Part shown: piece by piece, positions 49,017 through 58,801 of the stretch
Layout of the letters: each line of letters begins with the position of its first letter
How positions within the stretch are numbered: position 1 is the first letter of the stretch
Origin: Acidobacteriota bacterium
GTDB lineage: Bacteria; Acidobacteriota; UBA6911; RPQK01; JAJDTT01
Length of the DNA stretch: 64,000 nt
Assembly: GCA_965263035.1 (NCBI GenBank)
Contig: OZ253580.1
Location: 1,472,001-1,536,000, forward strand
Direction: 5' to 3'
The notes under the pieces: model-generated
What the model was told of the DNA's origin: nothing
Databases searched by the model: none
Seen by the model: only the letters and a program-made list of their open reading frames with translations
Position numbers and translations under genes: made by a program

Positions 49017-50462
49017 TCATGGCGCAACGGCTCCCGCTGACGCGGGGCAATTCCACCGACTGTCTTCCCGCACCGGCGCCGGCCCGGAAGCCGGCAGCTC
49101 AACAGCGTGCTTCGATCTGGCCTTTCCCTGCAAGCCAGGCCTGGAAAAATACCGCAACGCCTGCCATCGGCCGGCCTGCGGTCTGGGCCGGCCGTCCCGA
49201 AACGCGCCGGCTGACCCCTGGCGGACGACCAGCACCAGCACCACCCAAAGTCCCGCCAGGACGATGACCGCCACGCTGATCCAATTGACTGAGAAGTGCA
49301 GGAAAGAGGTGAGAACCAGCAGCAGTCCCCCGGCCAAGCCACGCGACCATCGATCCACTAAGAGGTCGATGAACACCTTGGCCCGTTTCTTGACTTCCAG
49401 AGGCAGCGGCAGGAAAAGCAGTTCCCTGCCCGTCTTGTCGATGGAGGAGCGGAGGCTGCCGTCGATGCCCCGCAAGAGGACGGCGCCCCAGAGGGAGGGG
49501 ACCGCCAACATGCCGAACGACGTGAGCAACAGTCCCAGCGGGAGCAACAGGATGGCTCCAGACACGCCCCAGAACCGAATCAGCCGGTAGGTCAGAAACG
49601 TCTGCAGAAGCAGCGAGACCATGCTGAGGCGCCCGTAGAACTTTCCCAGAAACGCCGCCAACGCCTGCTGATCCGGGTAAGCCTCGACAGCGACGGTCTT
49701 GAACTGAAAGTCCACCAATGTGGCCACCAGCATGGTCAGGGAGAGGAGACCCCCGATGCCGGCGAGATGCCGGTGGTCCCGGATCATCGAGCGCACTTCA
49801 TGCAGAGAGTTCCGCACCGGATCCGGGAGAGGCGCCGCCGTCGCGGCAGCCCGGGAATCCCTACGACCGAGACCTCCAACCCGGCTCAGGAGGACGGCCG
49901 ACAGAGCCAGGAAACCCGCGCAGAACAGCAGGAGATCCCGGGTCGAGACCTCCAGAACCCCCACCAGGAAGCTGGCCGTCTCGCCCCCGATTATGGCGCC
50001 CAGGATGCCGCCGAGATTCACCACGCCGAAGATGCGCTTGGCCTGGGTGGAGTCCAGGACCGAGTTGGCGAAGAGCCAGAACAGCGATGTGGTCAGGATT
50101 CCGTAGATGCCGACCCAGACGTAGAAGGCGTAGTAGATCCACCAGATCTCCAACGCCAGGAGCCAACGCAAGATCAGAAGGCAGCCGATCATTACGGCGC
50201 TGGTCACCTTGATCAGCCGGCTCAAGTCCAGAATCCGGGCCAGTCTTCCGTACAAGAGGGTGACGGGTAGAGCCACCAGAGCGATCAGGATGAAAACTAC
50301 GGGAAGGTTGTTGGGACCGGGTCCGGCCAGAAACAGGCTGTCTCTCGCCGGCTTCAGGAAGAAATAGGTCAGGAGGATGAGGCCGTAGCCGGAGAAGAGG
50401 ATTGCGGCGAGCCCGACTTCCTCCTTGCGTACGCCAAAGAGGAAATCGACCAGACGTGTCAT
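49017..50462 (-). CDS. Npt1/Npt2 (TLC)-like MFS nucleotide transporter
   Basis: LKPARDSLFL, FW.FAN....QAKRIFG, VDFQFK, KAKVFID-like KRAKVFIDLLVDR. Confidence 0.78.
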   Translation of the reverse strand: MTRLVDFLFGVRKEEVGLAAILFSGYGLILLTYFFLKPARDSLFLAGPGPNNLPVVFILIALVALPVTLLYGRLARILDLSRLIKVTSAVMIGCLLILRWLLALEIWWIYYAFYVWVGIYGILTTSLFWLFANSVLDSTQAKRIFGVVNLGGILGAIIGGETASFLVGVLEVSTRDLLLFCAGFLALSAVLLSRVGGLGRRDSRAAATAAPLPDPVRNSLHEVRSMIRDHRHLAGIGGLLSLTMLVATLVDFQFKTVAVEAYPDQQALAAFLGKFYGRLSMVSLLLQTFLTYRLIRFWGVSGAILLLPLGLLLTSFGMLAVPSLWGAVLLRGIDGSLRSSIDKTGRELLFLPLPLEVKKRAKVFIDLLVDRWSRGLAGGLLLVLTSFLHFSVNWISVAVIVLAGLWVVLVLVVRQGSAGAFRDGRPRPQAGRWQALRYFSRPGLQGKARSKHAVELPASGPAPVREDSRWNCPASAGAVAP

Positions 50463-50494
50463 GAATGAAAGTCCCGCCCGCCTTCAGGACTGGG

Positions 50495-51865
50495 TTACCG
50501 GGCCGCTGTTTCCTCGGCCGCGACCCCCGAGACCGGCCAACCCTCCCGAATCAGAGCCCGGAGCGCCTTTTCGTAGGCTTCCACCGTGAAATCCACGTCC
50601 TCTTCGGTATGAGCCCCGGTCAGGCGCCAGCTCACGCCTCCCTGGATGTCCACACCTTCATTCAGGAGAGCTTTCCGAAGAACGCCGCCGCGCGTGGGAT
50701 CGTTGACCGCTTTGAGACGGGCGTCGGGAACGGTGCAACCGTTCGCTTCATCCCACTCCCCCTCGACCCCCAGGGCGACGAACAGGCCCGACGAAAGACC
50801 GTAAGCGAATCCCGGGATTCCGATCCGGGCCAGAACTCCATTGAGACCCGATTTGAGCCTTTCGGTCATCGCCTCCGCTCGCTCGTTGACCGGCTCCCGA
50901 TCCAGGATTTCCAGACAGGTGGCCCCGGCTACCGCCGACAGAGGATTGGCGTTGAAGGTGCCGGGATGGGCGACTCGCCGACGGGCGTCCCATTCGGGGT
51001 CGCCCCGGTGCTGGATCATGTCCAGGATCTCCGCCTTTCCCACGACGGCGGCGCCGGGAAGGCCGCCGGCCAGGATCTTGGCGTGAGTGCTCAGATCGGG
51101 AGTGATCCCGTAGCGTTCCTGGACTCCCCCCAGGGCGGCCCGAAACCCGGTGACCACTTCGTCGAAGATCAGCAGCACCCCGGCTCTCCGGGTGACCTCC
51201 CTCAACTGCCGAAGGAATCCCGGCGTGATCGGGAGAAGACCTCCCAAGGCCCCCGTGGGTTCCAGGATCACGGCGGCGATGTCCCGGTCTCGGGCCAGCA
51301 CCCGCTCCACCTCGCCGATCTCGGGAGCGACCTGAACCACGGTTCCAGCGGTCCCCTGAGGGACGCCGGCCGCCTCACCCTCGGGACTCAGGACGACGTA
51401 GTCGCTCCAACCGTGGAAATGGTGGTGGAACTTGAGGATCTTGTCCCGTCCGGTGTAGGCCCGGACCAAGCGGAAGGCCATCAGGTCCGCCTCGGTCCCC
51501 GACGAGTGGAAACGGACCTTCTCGGAACAAGGCACCAATTTGTTCACGAGCTCGGCCCAGCGGATCTCAAGTTCGGTGGCTCCGCCCAGATGGGTGCCCC
51601 GCCCCATCTGCTCGCTGACCGCCTCCACGATGGCGGGATGAGAGTGGCCCAGCAGAATCGCTCCATGGCCCACCACGTAGTCGACGTACCGGTGCCCGTC
51701 CACGTCCCACTTGTAGGCCCCTTCTGAGCGGGTCATGTAGAGGGGAAAGGGAGTGATCCAGCGCGAATCGTGCGTGGCTCCGTCGGGAAAGGCGCGGCGT
51801 CCTCCGCCGGCCAGGCGGAGGGATCCGGGATGGTCGTCATGGTATCGCTGGTCCACGGAATTCAT
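50495..51865 (-). CDS. Class III aminotransferase (GSA aminomutase-like)
   Basis: WDVDGHRYVD, SGTEA, FDEVVTGFR, AKILAGG, GTFNANP. Confidence 0.88.
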   Translation of the reverse strand: MNSVDQRYHDDHPGSLRLAGGGRRAFPDGATHDSRWITPFPLYMTRSEGAYKWDVDGHRYVDYVVGHGAILLGHSHPAIVEAVSEQMGRGTHLGGATELEIRWAELVNKLVPCSEKVRFHSSGTEADLMAFRLVRAYTGRDKILKFHHHFHGWSDYVVLSPEGEAAGVPQGTAGTVVQVAPEIGEVERVLARDRDIAAVILEPTGALGGLLPITPGFLRQLREVTRRAGVLLIFDEVVTGFRAALGGVQERYGITPDLSTHAKILAGGLPGAAVVGKAEILDMIQHRGDPEWDARRRVAHPGTFNANPLSAVAGATCLEILDREPVNERAEAMTERLKSGLNGVLARIGIPGFAYGLSSGLFVALGVEGEWDEANGCTVPDARLKAVNDPTRGGVLRKALLNEGVDIQGGVSWRLTGAHTEEDVDFTVEAYEKALRALIREGWPVSGVAAEETAAR

Positions 51866-51982
51866 AAACGTGCTCCTGATTCTACTGATGCAACTTCTCG
51901 ATTCCAGTCTACTGACAGGTCGCGGCAAAAGTCACCATCGGCGCCAGACTGTCTCTTCGGGCGGGTGTGTGAATGGCGCCGA

Positions 51983-53164
51983 TCACGAAATTCCTTCCAG
52001 ACCCTGATCGAAATCCCCCACCAGATCTCCAGGGTCCTCGATGCCCACCGAGACCCGTACCAGCGAGTCGGAGATTCCCATCCGAATCCGTTCCTTGGCC
52101 GGTACGCCGGCATGGGAAGTGGTGGCCGGACGGGTGATCAGGGTCTCCACACCTCCCAGGCTGGGAGCCGATCTGGGAATTCGAAGACGGTTCAGCAACG
52201 CTTCCGCCGCGTCCACACCCCCCCGCACCTCGAAGCTCAGCATCCCGCCATAGCCGGAGAACAGCTTCCGGGCCCGGCCGTGTTGAGGATGGGTCTCCAG
52301 GCCGGGAAAGTTGACCCCTTCGACGGCCGGGTGCCCTGCCAGGAAACGGGCCAACGCCAGGGCGTTCTCGTTCTGTTGGCGCACCCGCAGCACCAGAGTC
52401 TTGATCCCCCGCTGCAGCAGGAAACAGGCATGAGGGTCCAGGACGCCTCCCAGCAGATTCAACCTGCGGGTCACCCGACTCACCAACTCTTGATCCCCGA
52501 TGACGGCGCCCGCCGCCAGGTCCGAATGACCGTTGAGGTATTTGGTGCCGCTGTGGACGACGAGGTCGAAGCCCGAGTCCAGAGGCCGATAGTTGACGGG
52601 CGTGGCGAAAGTACTGTCGACGATGGAGACCAGACCGTGCTTCCGGGCGAATCGAACGATCTGCTCCAGATCCGGGACCTGCATCAGGGGATTGGTGATG
52701 GTCTCCACGTAGATGGCGCGGGTGGACGGTTTCAGGAGCGCGGACCAGGTCTCGGGACGGTTGCCGTCCATGAGGTCGTGAGCGATCCCGAATTCCGCCA
52801 AGTCACGAGTGACGAAGGTGTGAGTCCCACCGTAGAGCCCCTCCAGTGCCAGCAAGTGGTCTCCGTGCGAGAGCAACGCCAACAGCGTCGTGGTGATGGC
52901 GGCCATGCCGCTGGAGGCCACGACCGCCGCCTCGCCGGCTTCCAGGGAAGCCAGCTTGGCATGGAGGGATTGGTGATTGGGGGTGTTATTGAGGCGGACG
53001 TAGCGAACCGCGTCGTAGCTCTTCTCGCCCGCGGTCTCGAAGGTGGCCGACTGGAAGATGGGTATGGCTACCGCTCCCTCGATTCGAGGTTCGGGCTCAC
53101 CGGCGTGGACGGCGCGCGTGGCCAGCCGGCGGGTTTGCTCTGAAAGGTCATTGTGATCCGACAT
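51983..53164 (-). CDS. Cys/Met metabolism PLP enzyme (cystathionine/methionine gamma-lyase family)
   Basis: SSGMAAI, ETITNP, VDSTFA, HSGTKYLNGHSD, SLGGVE, RVSVGIE. Confidence 0.9.
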   Translation of the reverse strand: MSDHNDLSEQTRRLATRAVHAGEPEPRIEGAVAIPIFQSATFETAGEKSYDAVRYVRLNNTPNHQSLHAKLASLEAGEAAVVASSGMAAITTTLLALLSHGDHLLALEGLYGGTHTFVTRDLAEFGIAHDLMDGNRPETWSALLKPSTRAIYVETITNPLMQVPDLEQIVRFARKHGLVSIVDSTFATPVNYRPLDSGFDLVVHSGTKYLNGHSDLAAGAVIGDQELVSRVTRRLNLLGGVLDPHACFLLQRGIKTLVLRVRQQNENALALARFLAGHPAVEGVNFPGLETHPQHGRARKLFSGYGGMLSFEVRGGVDAAEALLNRLRIPRSAPSLGGVETLITRPATTSHAGVPAKERIRMGISDSLVRVSVGIEDPGDLVGDFDQGLEGIS

Positions 53165-53253
53165 TCGACCTCCTGTACGCGTCTCCCCTCCTGAACGGAG
53201 ACGGGGTCCGGCGACCTCGATCTTGAAGCCGCCTGCACCCGCGGATACTCTAA

Positions 53254-53296
53254 CAGCCCGTGTCAAAAGTCATCACGGCAATCGACCGGCCCCGCA
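53254..53296. repeat. Truncated end of MITE family B
   Basis: CAGCCCGTGTCAAAAGTCATCACGGCAATCGACCG matches the first ~40 bp of copy 2. Confidence 0.6.
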
Positions 53297-53315
53297 TCCC
53301 GATGGACGGCAAGGG

Positions 53316-53341
53316 AGGGCGGCCACAAGGGCCGCCCTGAC
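53316..53341. repeat. REP-like hairpin, second copy
   Basis: AGGGCGGCC-ACAAG-GGCCGCCCT-GAC; same CACAAGGG core as 17534-17561. Confidence 0.55.
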
Positions 53342-53364
53342 AACCCCGGGAGTCCAGGATACCC

Positions 53365-54522
53365 ATGAAATTGAATCGACGAGAAATGATCCGAACCGCC
53401 GCCACCGTGACCTCCATCACGGGCCTCTCCACGGGCGGCCGCGCCCGGGCCGGCACCGTCCGGGAGACTTCGGTGATCAGTCTCCGTCCCCATCTCTATC
53501 ATGGGTGGCCCACCGTGGCCCGGCGCTCCAGCGGGGAGCTGCTCCTGGTCTGCTCCGGAGGACGGGAAGCCCACGTCTGCCCCTTTGGATGGGTGGAGCT
53601 GATGCGGTCCCACGACGAAGGCCGGACCTGGACCTGGCCCCGGGTCTTGATGGACGGTCCCCTCGACGATCGGGACGCCGGAGTTCTCGAGACCGGCACG
53701 GGAACCCTGCTGGTCACCACTTTCACCTCAGTCGCTTACGAGCGCCCGTTGGCCAAGGCTCCGGCCGAAACCCGGGGCAGTGGCGGGGCTTGGCCGGAGG
53801 AGAAGATGACCCGCTGGCAAGCCGCCCACGCCCGGATCCCGGTCCACCGGCGGGAGGCCCTGTTGGGCGGGTGGATGCTCCGGTCCACCGACGGCGGCGA
53901 CACCTGGTCGGCCCCCTGCCGGGTCCCCGTCAACAGTCCCCACGGCCCCGTTCAGCTCTCCGACGGACGACTGCTCTACCCCGGAAAACAGTTCGGGCAC
54001 GGGGAGGGCCGGATCGGCGCTTGTGAATCCGCCGACGACGGCAAGAGTTGGCGCTGGGCGGGGGGGATCCCCACCCGTCCGGGGGACAGCCAGCATGATT
54101 ATCACGAGCTGCACGGGATCGAGGCCGCCGACGGCACCCTCATCATCCAGATCCGAAACCACAACGACGCGAACGCCCGGGAGACCCTTCAGTCCGAGTC
54201 CGGCGACGGCGGCCGGACCTGGTCGGAACCCCATTCCATCGGCGTCTGGGGCCTGCCCTCCCACCTGCTCCGGCTCCGGGACGACCGGCTGGTCATGACC
54301 TACGGATACCGGCGCAAGCCCTACGGCAACCAGGCCCGGGTGAGCACCGACAACGGCCGGACCTGGTCCGAGCCCGTCACGCTCTCGGCGGACGGTCACT
54401 CGGGTGACCTGGGCTACCCCTCGACGGTCGAATTGAACGACGGTTCGCTGCTGAGCATCTGGTACGAGAAGCTGGAGAGTTCGCCCCGCGCGGTTCTGCG
54501 CCAGGCCCGCTGGTCGCTATAG
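53365..54522 (+). CDS. Tat-exported sialidase-like (BNR/Asp-box) protein
   Basis: NRREMI twin-arginine signal; five SxDxGxxW Asp-boxes; GYPS. Confidence 0.82.
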   Translation: MKLNRREMIRTAATVTSITGLSTGGRARAGTVRETSVISLRPHLYHGWPTVARRSSGELLLVCSGGREAHVCPFGWVELMRSHDEGRTWTWPRVLMDGPLDDRDAGVLETGTGTLLVTTFTSVAYERPLAKAPAETRGSGGAWPEEKMTRWQAAHARIPVHRREALLGGWMLRSTDGGDTWSAPCRVPVNSPHGPVQLSDGRLLYPGKQFGHGEGRIGACESADDGKSWRWAGGIPTRPGDSQHDYHELHGIEAADGTLIIQIRNHNDANARETLQSESGDGGRTWSEPHSIGVWGLPSHLLRLRDDRLVMTYGYRRKPYGNQARVSTDNGRTWSEPVTLSADGHSGDLGYPSTVELNDGSLLSIWYEKLESSPRAVLRQARWSL

Positions 54523-56040
54523 CGGGACAGGCCTGCGGGTGCCGGCCCTCCGGTGCTGCCAGTAGCTGACGAGCGTCCCGATGGACAGGTCCACGGTCAG
54601 GGCGACGGGCGCTACCCATATGAAGCTGACCGGATCCTCGCCTGTGACCGGGTTCATACCGAAGATGGATCCGGAAAAGGCGGTCAACCCTGCGGCCAAA
54701 ATCCCCAGAATCGTACCCACGCCCACTCCCAACGGCTTGGCAAAGGGAACGAAGAAGGCGAAGAAGAAGAGCCCGAAGATGGGCGCCGTCAGGAGCGCCG
54801 ACGTCTTGTTGCTGACCGCCCAGATGTTCCCGGGCACGTGCTCCAGGAAGGAACTGCCCACCACGACGAGGGCTCCGATGACGAAGGCCAGGATCTTGGC
54901 GATTCGGGTGCGCGCCCGCTCATTCTCAGGGAGTTTTCCGAAACGCGCCAGAAAATCCTGGTTGACGACGGCCGTGATGGAATTGACCCCGGAATCGATG
55001 CTGGACATGGCCGCGGCAAACATGGCGGAGACCACCAGTCCCGAAATGCCCGGCGGCAGCAGGTAGGCGATGTAATAGGGGAAGACGTCGTCCCCGTTCC
55101 CGGTGAGCTCGATCCCTGCGGGAAGTTTCCCGGGGAATTCCCGGAAGAATCCCAACAGGGCGAATCCCACCATCCAGAGGGATACGATGACGACGACGTT
55201 CACGATCTGGTGGGTCAGGTAGGCCCGGCGGGCCGCGCGGGCGTCCCGGGTCGCCATGAAGCGCTGGACCATGGTCTGGTCGCCTCCGGCGACGCAGACG
55301 GTGAGGACGAAGACGTAGAAGATGGATCCGAGGATGCTGACCCGAACCCCGGGATCGAAGCTGAACAGGGGTTGAACGTCCCAGTGAGGCTGCCAGCCGG
55401 TGGGCACCCAACCCAGGCCGCCCAACTCCCAGGTCACCAGGCCGATGGCCAGGCAGGCACCGCCAAACATGAGAAGTGTCTGGACGGTGTCGGTGATCAC
55501 CACCGCCCGAAGACCACCCAATGAGGTGTACAGGACCGCCACCAGCCCGGTCAGGAGGGTGATCATAGGGATCCAGGATGGGTCCACCCCCATCATGAGG
55601 GCCATGGCCTTGGCGGACAGGAACACCAGCAGCGACATCCAGATGAGCCGAACCATAAGGAACAGCACCGCTCCCAACAGCCGGATTGCCAGACCCAGCC
55701 GCTCTTCCAGGAGCTCGTAGGCGCTGGTCACCCGGCTCCTCATGTAGACGGGAATGATGGCGTAGGCCACGATCAGGAAGGCGAAGGGATAGGCCAGGAA
55801 GTTGAGCAGTCCCCCCGGCCCTTTGGAGATGGCTTCCCCGGGGACGGCCAGATAGGAAATCGTGCTCAGCAGCGTGGCGAACATGGAGAACCCGATGAGG
55901 ATCGGGTTCATCCGGCCGCTGCCGGTAAAGTACTCCCGGGTCGTCTTCTGCCGGCGGCCGTAGTAGTAACCCAGGGCGACGGTTCCCAGGGCGTAGAGAA
56001 AAATGATGGCCCAGTCGACAGCCGTCAGTCCGCCCGGCAA
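54517..56040 (-). CDS. Sodium:solute symporter
   Basis: DW.II..Y, YF.G, STISYL, GGLRAVVITD..Q, DQ..VQR, AAAMSSIDSG. Confidence 0.9.
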   Translation of the reverse strand: MPGGLTAVDWAIIFLYALGTVALGYYYGRRQKTTREYFTGSGRMNPILIGFSMFATLLSTISYLAVPGEAISKGPGGLLNFLAYPFAFLIVAYAIIPVYMRSRVTSAYELLEERLGLAIRLLGAVLFLMVRLIWMSLLVFLSAKAMALMMGVDPSWIPMITLLTGLVAVLYTSLGGLRAVVITDTVQTLLMFGGACLAIGLVTWELGGLGWVPTGWQPHWDVQPLFSFDPGVRVSILGSIFYVFVLTVCVAGGDQTMVQRFMATRDARAARRAYLTHQIVNVVVIVSLWMVGFALLGFFREFPGKLPAGIELTGNGDDVFPYYIAYLLPPGISGLVVSAMFAAAMSSIDSGVNSITAVVNQDFLARFGKLPENERARTRIAKILAFVIGALVVVGSSFLEHVPGNIWAVSNKTSALLTAPIFGLFFFAFFVPFAKPLGVGVGTILGILAAGLTAFSGSIFGMNPVTGEDPVSFIWVAPVALTVDLSIGTLVSYWQHRRAGTRRPVPL

Positions 56041-56093
56041 GGACTCCTCCTATCCCGCCGGACCTCGCGAAGAGCCTCCCGCGGCGCTGGACT

Positions 56094-56681
56094 CTACTGT
56101 TCGGAGAGCTTGCTTTCGATCAGGCTCACGACTCCAGGATCGTCGGGACGCGTCCTGGGCTGGAATCGTGCAACGACGTTTCCGGACCGGTCCAGAACGA
56201 ATTTCTCGAAGTTCCAGCTGATCTCGCCGGGCCCCTGGGGCGAGGTCGTGACCGACTTGAGGTACTTGTAGAGATCGGCCGCGCCGTCGCCGTTGACCTC
56301 GATCTTGGAGAACATGTCGAACTCGACTCCGTAGTTGGCGCTGCAGAACTTGCGGATCTCTTCGTCGCTGCCGGGTTCCTGGCCCTTGAACTGGTTGCAG
56401 GGGAATCCGAGGATCGCCAAGCCCTGTCCGGAGTACTTCTGGTGCAGGTCCTGAAGCTGCTCGTATTGCGGCGTCAGCCCGCACTTGCTGGCCACGTTCA
56501 CGATCATCACGACCTTGCCCTTGTAGGCGCCCAGATCCACGTCCTTGCCGTCCAGGGATTTCAGGGTGAAGTCGAGTGCGGGCGCGGCCTTTTCGCCCCC
56601 CTCAAGGCTGACGGTTCCGGCAACCAGGAGTACCAGAACCAGACAGACAGCGGATGGAAACAGATCAGAGAGACTGGACAT
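56094..56681 (-). CDS. Cys-type glutathione peroxidase (exported)
   Basis: NVASKCGLT, GFPCNQF, WNFEKF. Confidence 0.93.
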   Translation of the reverse strand: MSSLSDLFPSAVCLVLVLLVAGTVSLEGGEKAAPALDFTLKSLDGKDVDLGAYKGKVVMIVNVASKCGLTPQYEQLQDLHQKYSGQGLAILGFPCNQFKGQEPGSDEEIRKFCSANYGVEFDMFSKIEVNGDGAADLYKYLKSVTTSPQGPGEISWNFEKFVLDRSGNVVARFQPRTRPDDPGVVSLIESKLSEQ

Positions 56682-56884
56682 GAGAGATCCTCCTCACAAC
56701 AACCCGGCGTCCACCGGAAACAATTACGGTGTGCCTCAGTTTACTCCGAGCGGGCGAGAGAAATCCATACTCGGAACCTGTCCAAACCGATGACGGTCCA
56801 TCTGGGGGAACCCCGAACGGCCGTCGTCCGGGACAAGACCGATCGCCCCTGTATTCGTCACGGCGAGCGGGCTATCATTTGCGG

Positions 56885-57988
56885 ATGAGCAAACCACTGA
56901 TCGTCGACCTGCATCTGGACCTGGCCTGGGACGCGCTCTACTGGAATCGGGACCTGACCCTGACCGCTCACGAGGTGCGGGAGCAGGAACGGCGGGAACC
57001 TCCCCAAGTCGCTCCCGGCCACACCTGCGGGACCTGCACCACCACCTTTCCCGAACTCCGCCAGGGTGGCGTCGGAGTCATCCTCAGCACCATCATGTCC
57101 CGGGTCCAGACTCGATCGGGGCGCATGAAGGACGGCCTGCGGACCCAGGAACTGTGCATCGGCATGGGACGGGGACACTTGGCCTACTATCAGGCCATGA
57201 CCCGCCAGGGCCACCTCAAGTCGGTGCACAGTTGGGCCGATCTGGAAGAGGCCATCGAGGCGTGGAAGGATCCGAAGCCGGACACCCCCCTCTACCACGT
57301 CCTGTCCATGGAGAGCGCGGATCCCATCGCCGATCCCGACGACGTGGAGTTCTGGTGGGACGCCGGACTGCGCGTGGTGGGTCCCGCCCACTTCGGCGAC
57401 AACACCTATATCCACGGCACCGGCACCGAGGGGGGGCTCAAGCCTCCCGCCCCGGCTCTCTACCGGGCCCTGCGCCAGGCCGGGATCATCCTGGACATCA
57501 CCCACATGGCCGATCAGGCCGTCTGGGAGTCCCTGGAAATCTGGGACGGTCCCATCGTCGCCACCCATTGCTCCGCCCGGGCCCTGATCAAGGGCCAGCG
57601 TCACCTCACCGACGACATGATCCGCGAGGTGATCCGGCGGGGTGGAGTCATCGGCATGGTCTTCTGCCAGAGCTTCATCGACCCGGCCATCGAATGGGGA
57701 AGCCGGCCGGCGATCGACGGCTGCGGGGGCAAGTACGGCATGGACGGGTTCATCCCCATCATCGAGCATATCGGCGATCTGGCCGGCGGCACGCTGGAGA
57801 ACGTCGCCGTCGGGACCGACATGGACGGCGGATTCGGAGCCGAGATGACGCCCAAGGACGTGGACACCATGGCGGACGTCGCCAATTTCGCGACCGTCCT
57901 GTCCGGTGCCGGCTATCGCGCGGAAGACGTCGAAGGGATCCTGAGCGGCAATTCCCTCAGGCTGTTCGAGCGGGTCTGGAACTCCTGA
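56885..57988 (+). CDS. Membrane dipeptidase (peptidase M19)
   Basis: DLHLD, SMESAD, LDITH, ATHCSAR, GTDMDGG. Confidence 0.88.
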   Translation: MSKPLIVDLHLDLAWDALYWNRDLTLTAHEVREQERREPPQVAPGHTCGTCTTTFPELRQGGVGVILSTIMSRVQTRSGRMKDGLRTQELCIGMGRGHLAYYQAMTRQGHLKSVHSWADLEEAIEAWKDPKPDTPLYHVLSMESADPIADPDDVEFWWDAGLRVVGPAHFGDNTYIHGTGTEGGLKPPAPALYRALRQAGIILDITHMADQAVWESLEIWDGPIVATHCSARALIKGQRHLTDDMIREVIRRGGVIGMVFCQSFIDPAIEWGSRPAIDGCGGKYGMDGFIPIIEHIGDLAGGTLENVAVGTDMDGGFGAEMTPKDVDTMADVANFATVLSGAGYRAEDVEGILSGNSLRLFERVWNS

Positions 57989-57995
57989 TCCGGGT

Positions 57996-58757
57996 TCAGT
58001 ATTCGATCTTCACCCAGTCGAACATGATCAGACCCTTGGGCAGGCGGTCCCGATCCACAGGGTAGTCGACCCCTGCCCGGGGGGTGTGCAGATCCGTCAC
58101 GCCGTCCGAGAGAGGGACCACCTCCAACGGGAACAGGACGAAGATGAGGTCGATGTTCACGTCCTCCAGCACCTTCCCGATATCGTCGCAGCCGTACAGT
58201 TCGGTCGTGTCGTGACGCGACCCCAGGCAGGTCCATTGTTCGGGGTCAGGCGCCAGAGTCACGGTCTGCTCGCTCCATTCCCGGGTGACCCGGAAGGGTT
58301 GGCCGGTCAGAACCATGTTGGCCGTGGTCTTGTCGGTCTCGGATTGGGCCAGCAGCAGAAGCTCGGCCCCACCGTCCTGCAACTCTCCCCGCAGCCGGAC
58401 CGTCATCCGGGCGTTGGCCAGACGGGTCGAGTAGCCCTGCTCCACGAACGAGTTGTTGGTGTAGGGCAGGCGGGTGGCCGCCGTGGGATGCTCGTACCAC
58501 CTCCCGTCGGTGTACAGCCACATCACCAGGTGGAGATAACCCGCTCCGGGCGGAGCGTGGTTGGAATCCAGAAACCAGGGGCCGTGACAATAGGCCACTC
58601 CGTCCCACACCGGCAGCGCGTAGTGCCGGTCGGCGTACCAGCCTCCATTTCCGTGATCGAAGTCTTCCAGGTAGACCCGGGCATCCCCAACCTGTCCCGG
58701 ACCGCAACCCGTCAGGGCCACCACACACCCGGTCAGCAGGAGTTCTCTCATTCTCAT
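57996..58757 (-). CDS. Hypothetical lipoprotein (beta-sandwich/CBM-like)
   Basis: Lipobox LTGC; Trp/Tyr-rich; begins with YLEDFD..GGW and ends FDWVKIEY. Confidence 0.65.
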   Translation of the reverse strand: MRMRELLLTGCVVALTGCGPGQVGDARVYLEDFDHGNGGWYADRHYALPVWDGVAYCHGPWFLDSNHAPPGAGYLHLVMWLYTDGRWYEHPTAATRLPYTNNSFVEQGYSTRLANARMTVRLRGELQDGGAELLLLAQSETDKTTANMVLTGQPFRVTREWSEQTVTLAPDPEQWTCLGSRHDTTELYGCDDIGKVLEDVNIDLIFVLFPLEVVPLSDGVTDLHTPRAGVDYPVDRDRLPKGLIMFDWVKIEY

Positions 58758-58801
58758 TGGAAATTCCCCCAAGGAGGACGACTGAAAGTCGCCCCTCCCA
58801 T

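Noticed and set aside
56094-56681. Selenoprotein glutathione peroxidase, suggested by selB in the window
   Set aside because: The active-site codon is TGC (Cys). I saw no convincing in-frame UGA read-through candidate in the window.
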